In this document: positions 60,130 to 64,000 of the stretch, piece by piece
How the letters are laid out: each line of letters begins with the position of its first letter
How positions within the stretch are numbered: position 1 is the first letter of the stretch
Origin: Eledone cirrhosa
Lineage: Eukaryota
NCBI GenBank assembly: GCA_964016885.1
Contig: OZ024743.1
Span: forward strand, 367,722,001 to 367,786,000
Reading direction: 5' to 3'
DNA: 64,000 nt
Notes under the pieces: generated by a model
Told to the model about the DNA's origin: nothing
Seen by the model: the letters and a program-made list of their open reading frames with translations, nothing else
Database searches by the model: none
Position numbers and translations under genes: made by a program

Positions 60130-63100
60130 TCCCTCTGCTCACCCCTTACTTCGTCCTCACGCACAGCCCACCTATGTCTTCATTCAACCCATTGGTGGCT
60201 CGATATTTCGATCGAACTATCACTGGCGATTGCCGATTGATAAAGTTGCCACCACTTTAACCTAATCCACTCTAGGTGGTGGAGGCATGCGTCAAACGAC
60301 CCAGAGACCTGCTTGGTGGAACGACTATGTTACAACCGGTCAGCCTTCGACCTCTAATTCTCCACCAACTTTGGTACGCACGAGAGGAGCTAACTTGTCA
60401 CACCTACCCCCTCCCCCTCTTCACCACAGGTTCCGAGCGAATTCAACCCGGCCAACACCACCACCCCTACAACTCTTAGCCAATTACCCAACCTCCGCTC
60501 TAGTCCCACCATTAGAACCACTGCTGCCTCTTTTACTGACTCATACCCTCCACCGAATTCAAACTCTGGCCCTCTACTGCTGGCTGCTGCCAGCTCACCA
60601 CCTGATTGCGCTCTCTGTGCCCGCACTAGCCAGTACTTAGAGACAATCAAATGTCACCTATGCCACACAAGCTACCACAGAAGCTGTGTCGGCATCACCA
60701 AAGCTCAAGCTGAAAGGCTTCAATACTGGACCTGTAATCGGTGTCACTTCAGCTCCGATGTATTCCGTGGGGATGCCCCATGCTTCAATGACCAATTCTC
60801 TACCGAGGACCTCTAGGGTTTCTCCAAATCAAAGCTCGTCAACCGGATCCCTAAGGGAGCAAGGAATAGCTTTGCACGTGCCCTCTCTAATTTATTGAAA
60901 AACATTTGCTTGTCCAACAATAGGTCTGACTGGCAGAAATTGTTTTTGTTTCCTCTCATCTCTCTTCAGGTGCACAATGCAAGTGGCAGTTCCAGCTGTT
61001 TGAGTCTACCCCAACCATGTCTCACCTCAGTTTGACATCGAGCCCGGTGTCCACCAACAGACAACCGATAGACCTCAAGCGAGCGGTCAATGCCAAATTC
61101 AGCGAATTTGACATTAAAGGGGCTGTCCATCTCCTCTCTTCTCTGTCCTCCCTCGCTCCGTGCAACTCTGATTCTCTTGAGCGACTGAAAGAGAAGCACC
61201 CATTGGCACCCCCAGATGATCAGCTACACTGGCCCGAACCACCAGAATACTCGAGACCGGTTTACACCACCGATATCATCAGAAAGGCGATTTCATCCTT
61301 CCCCACTGGATCAGGCACGGGAATTGACGGCCTTCATCCTCAACACTTCAAGGATGATATCACCTTATCGGCTTCGTGACGCTGGACTCAAACTCTTGGA
61401 GAGTCTGACTCAGTTTGTGAATCAGTTCTCTTCAGTGAACGTTCTCCCATTCATCCGCCCACTGTTCTTCGGTGTAAAGCTACTTGGTCTCACCAAGCCC
61501 AGACCTGTGCCCCATTGTGGTTGGCTGCACCCTTTGCCGCCTCACTGCAAAGGCGTCTTTGCTGTTGGTCGCCAACTCACTTGCGGAGGAATTTTTCCCC
61601 ATCCAGCTGGGGGTAGGTACCAAGTTGGGATATGAGGCTGCTGTCCACGCTACCAGAGCCTTTACCAACTTGCTGTCCTTGTCCCCCAAGGTCATCCTCA
61701 CACTTGACCTCAGAAATGCTCTCAACTCTGTCAGCCGCGACGTTGTCCTCGGCTCAGTAAGATGGAGGGTCCCATAACTCTACCACTTTACTTGGAAGGC
61801 TTATCGGGAGCCCTCCAACCTCTCTTTCAGTGACCAAATCATCACCTCTGCCTCAGGAGTCCAACAGGGTGACCCACTCTGTTTGCACTGGGCATTGATG
61901 ACGTCACCAAGATGGGGGTTGAGTTGGACCTCAATGTCTGGTACCTCGACGACGCTTGTTTGGGGGGAACTCCGGATATGGTTCTCGCCACTGCCAACAA
62001 AATGGTTGAGGAGCTTGGCCGCCGGGGTCTCCAGGTCAATAGCTCCAAATGTGAGCTCTGGATTCTCAACCACGCGGCTTCTCAACACCAACATTCCTAT
62101 TCCTAAGATTCTGTATCTACTCAGGGTCAGCCCCTCTCACAGTTTTCCGTCCTGCCTCCAACACTTTGACGACCTAATCTTCGAGAGACTTGAGTGCCTG
62201 GACAATGTTAGACTCACCCCAGAGTCCCACAATCAGGTTGCGTTGCCCAAGGGATTTGGGGGTTTGGTCTTTGTAAGTGTTCATCCCTCTCTCTCCCCTG
62301 CTTCCTTTCCTCCACCCATGCCTGCTCCACCCTGGTGAGCAGCATCCTCTCCTCTCCAACATGGACTAGGTCCAACAGGGAGTTGGGTGAAGCTCTCCAG
62401 CAATGGAGTGAGTTGGGCTTGTCTCTACCTGAGAAGGTGGAGGACTGTCGAAGTCAGAGAACTTGGGACAGCATAAGTTCGAAGGCCACCTTCGACTCCC
62501 TCTTCATCCAGTCGGATCAGTTTGCAAGGTGCCGCTTACTATCTGCCAGCGCCAAATACTCAGGCGACTAGGTTGATGCCCTACCCGTGGTCAATGTTGG
62601 TGGCCTACTCAGCCTGGACGAACTTTGTGTCTCCATCGCCCTCCGAGTGGGAGCTGATGTCTGCATGGGTTTGAGGTGCCGATGTGGCAAACTCCTCAAC
62701 TCCACAGGCCTCCACGGTCTTTCTTGCCGCCTGAATGCCAGCCGCTTCATGCGTCACATGGAGCTAAACCTCATTCTCAAGAGAGCTTTGGCCCGGGCGA
62801 ACATCCCCTCAATCTTAGAACCATTGGGGTTGTCCAGAAGTGATGGCAAAAGAGCTGATGGCCTTACCCTGTGCCCCTGGTTGAGAGGCAGGTGCTGTAT
62901 CTGGGATGTCACTATTAGTGACTCTTTTGCTTCTTCCCACATCCTGGATGCTGCGGTTAGGACGTGAGCCACAGCTTCCGCAGCCGAGCGGAGTAAGATC
63001 CTCAAATACTGTGAGCTGTCGGCCAGCTACATTTTTTAGCCTGTGGCTTTTGAGACGTTTGGGGGAGTTGGGCTGCTGACTGCGAGGTTCCTCTCTTCAC

Positions 63101-63326
63101 TGGCGGCTCACCTAATGGAGGTAACTGGCGAACCTCGCGAGGGTGCTCCATTGTTCCAGCGCATTAGCCTTGCCATCACCCGAGGCAACGCTGCGAGTAT
63201 GCTGGTTTAACTAAAAAATCATTAGAGAGGTTGCCCGCTACTCCTCGTGATGTTGTTGTCTTTTGCTCTGGTGTTGGCTCAGTTGTTCACCCCTTCCTTT
63301 ACATTTTCTTTAATATTAAAAAAAAG
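60130..63326 (+). mobile_element. Near full-length decayed CRE-type non-LTR retrotransposon (PHD, RT, Zn-knuckle and restriction-like endonuclease)
   Basis: RIPKGAR, GIDGLHPQH, QLGVGTKLGYEAAVHA, SGVQQGDP, WYLDD, CRCG..HGLSC..RH, RADG..WDVT, PVAFETFG and FQRISLAITRGNA motifs; A-rich 3' end at about 63320. The 5' boundary is approximate. Confidence 0.88.
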
Positions 63327-64000
63327 ATATCCTTCTGAAAGAATCGCAAGCAATTTATAATGTTATCTATGCATTTGTAATGTTATTTATGTATATATTT
63401 AAAACATATTTGTTATGTCATTCTACTGTAAATTTATCTATATGCTTTGTATAATAAAAATTTGAATACATTACATACAGAACAACATAAATATTCAAAA
63501 AATGCAAAAACAGGAAACAAAATATATGCCTTAACCCTTCCCATGATTTAAATCTTTATTCTGATGTACCAGAATTTTCACCAACCTTATAAATAAGGGT
63601 TTCCTAAAAAAATCATAGAGATATCAAGATATTTAATATATAAATAGCATTATGGTGAGCTGCAATTACACACTGAATTTCTTTTTATTTCAAGAGCTTG
63701 TATAAAAAGAAAGAGAACATTTCCAGTATGAACATACAAATCTAAGTGCAACATTCCTAATACAAGACCCTTACTGAAGTATCAGTTTATCAAGCTAAAG
63801 ATTCTCACAACACATGAATTCATTCAAATACTCAGAAACACCTCACCACTCCTCTGTGTATTGATATCATCTATTAAGAGACCTTATTATAAATCTATTA
63901 ATCCATTATAGAATAGATGTCCCCTTACAAAAATTGTTTCAAAATATGTGATAACTGTCTAACATTTTATTATAGCCCTTTATTTTTGAAATAAAAATTC

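Overview
AT-rich, repeat-dense animal genomic DNA, most likely from a coleoid cephalopod such as Octopus. That assignment is inferred from the SINE core motifs, the RTE family and the (TA)n/(ATC)n microsatellite load. The only recognisable host coding sequence is the first coding exon of TMEM245 (minus strand, 1369-1881). The other ~62 kb is a mosaic of decayed transposons: many RTE LINEs carrying a PHD finger just after the RT core, a near full-length CR1-type LINE split by a nested RTE, a CRE-type (RT plus restriction-like endonuclease) element with an N-terminal PHD finger, a Penelope RT remnant, a deleted mariner and its MITE, three hAT MITEs, Helitron remnants and tRNA-derived SINEs. The most striking structure is a 1.9-kb apparently non-coding element (43696-45618) sitting in (TA)n, with ~550-bp inverted arms. 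Each arm holds a minimal type I hammerhead ribozyme motif with a palindromic helix III followed by AATAAA. Two smaller perfect fold-backs in (TA)n share its inverted-arm plus unpaired-tail layout and a YGAGTRCT tail motif. Also notable are a perfect 213-bp inverted repeat without TSD and a 48-bp minisatellite grown from an RTE 3' UTR. All calls were read by eye with no database search, so many TE boundaries are approximate.
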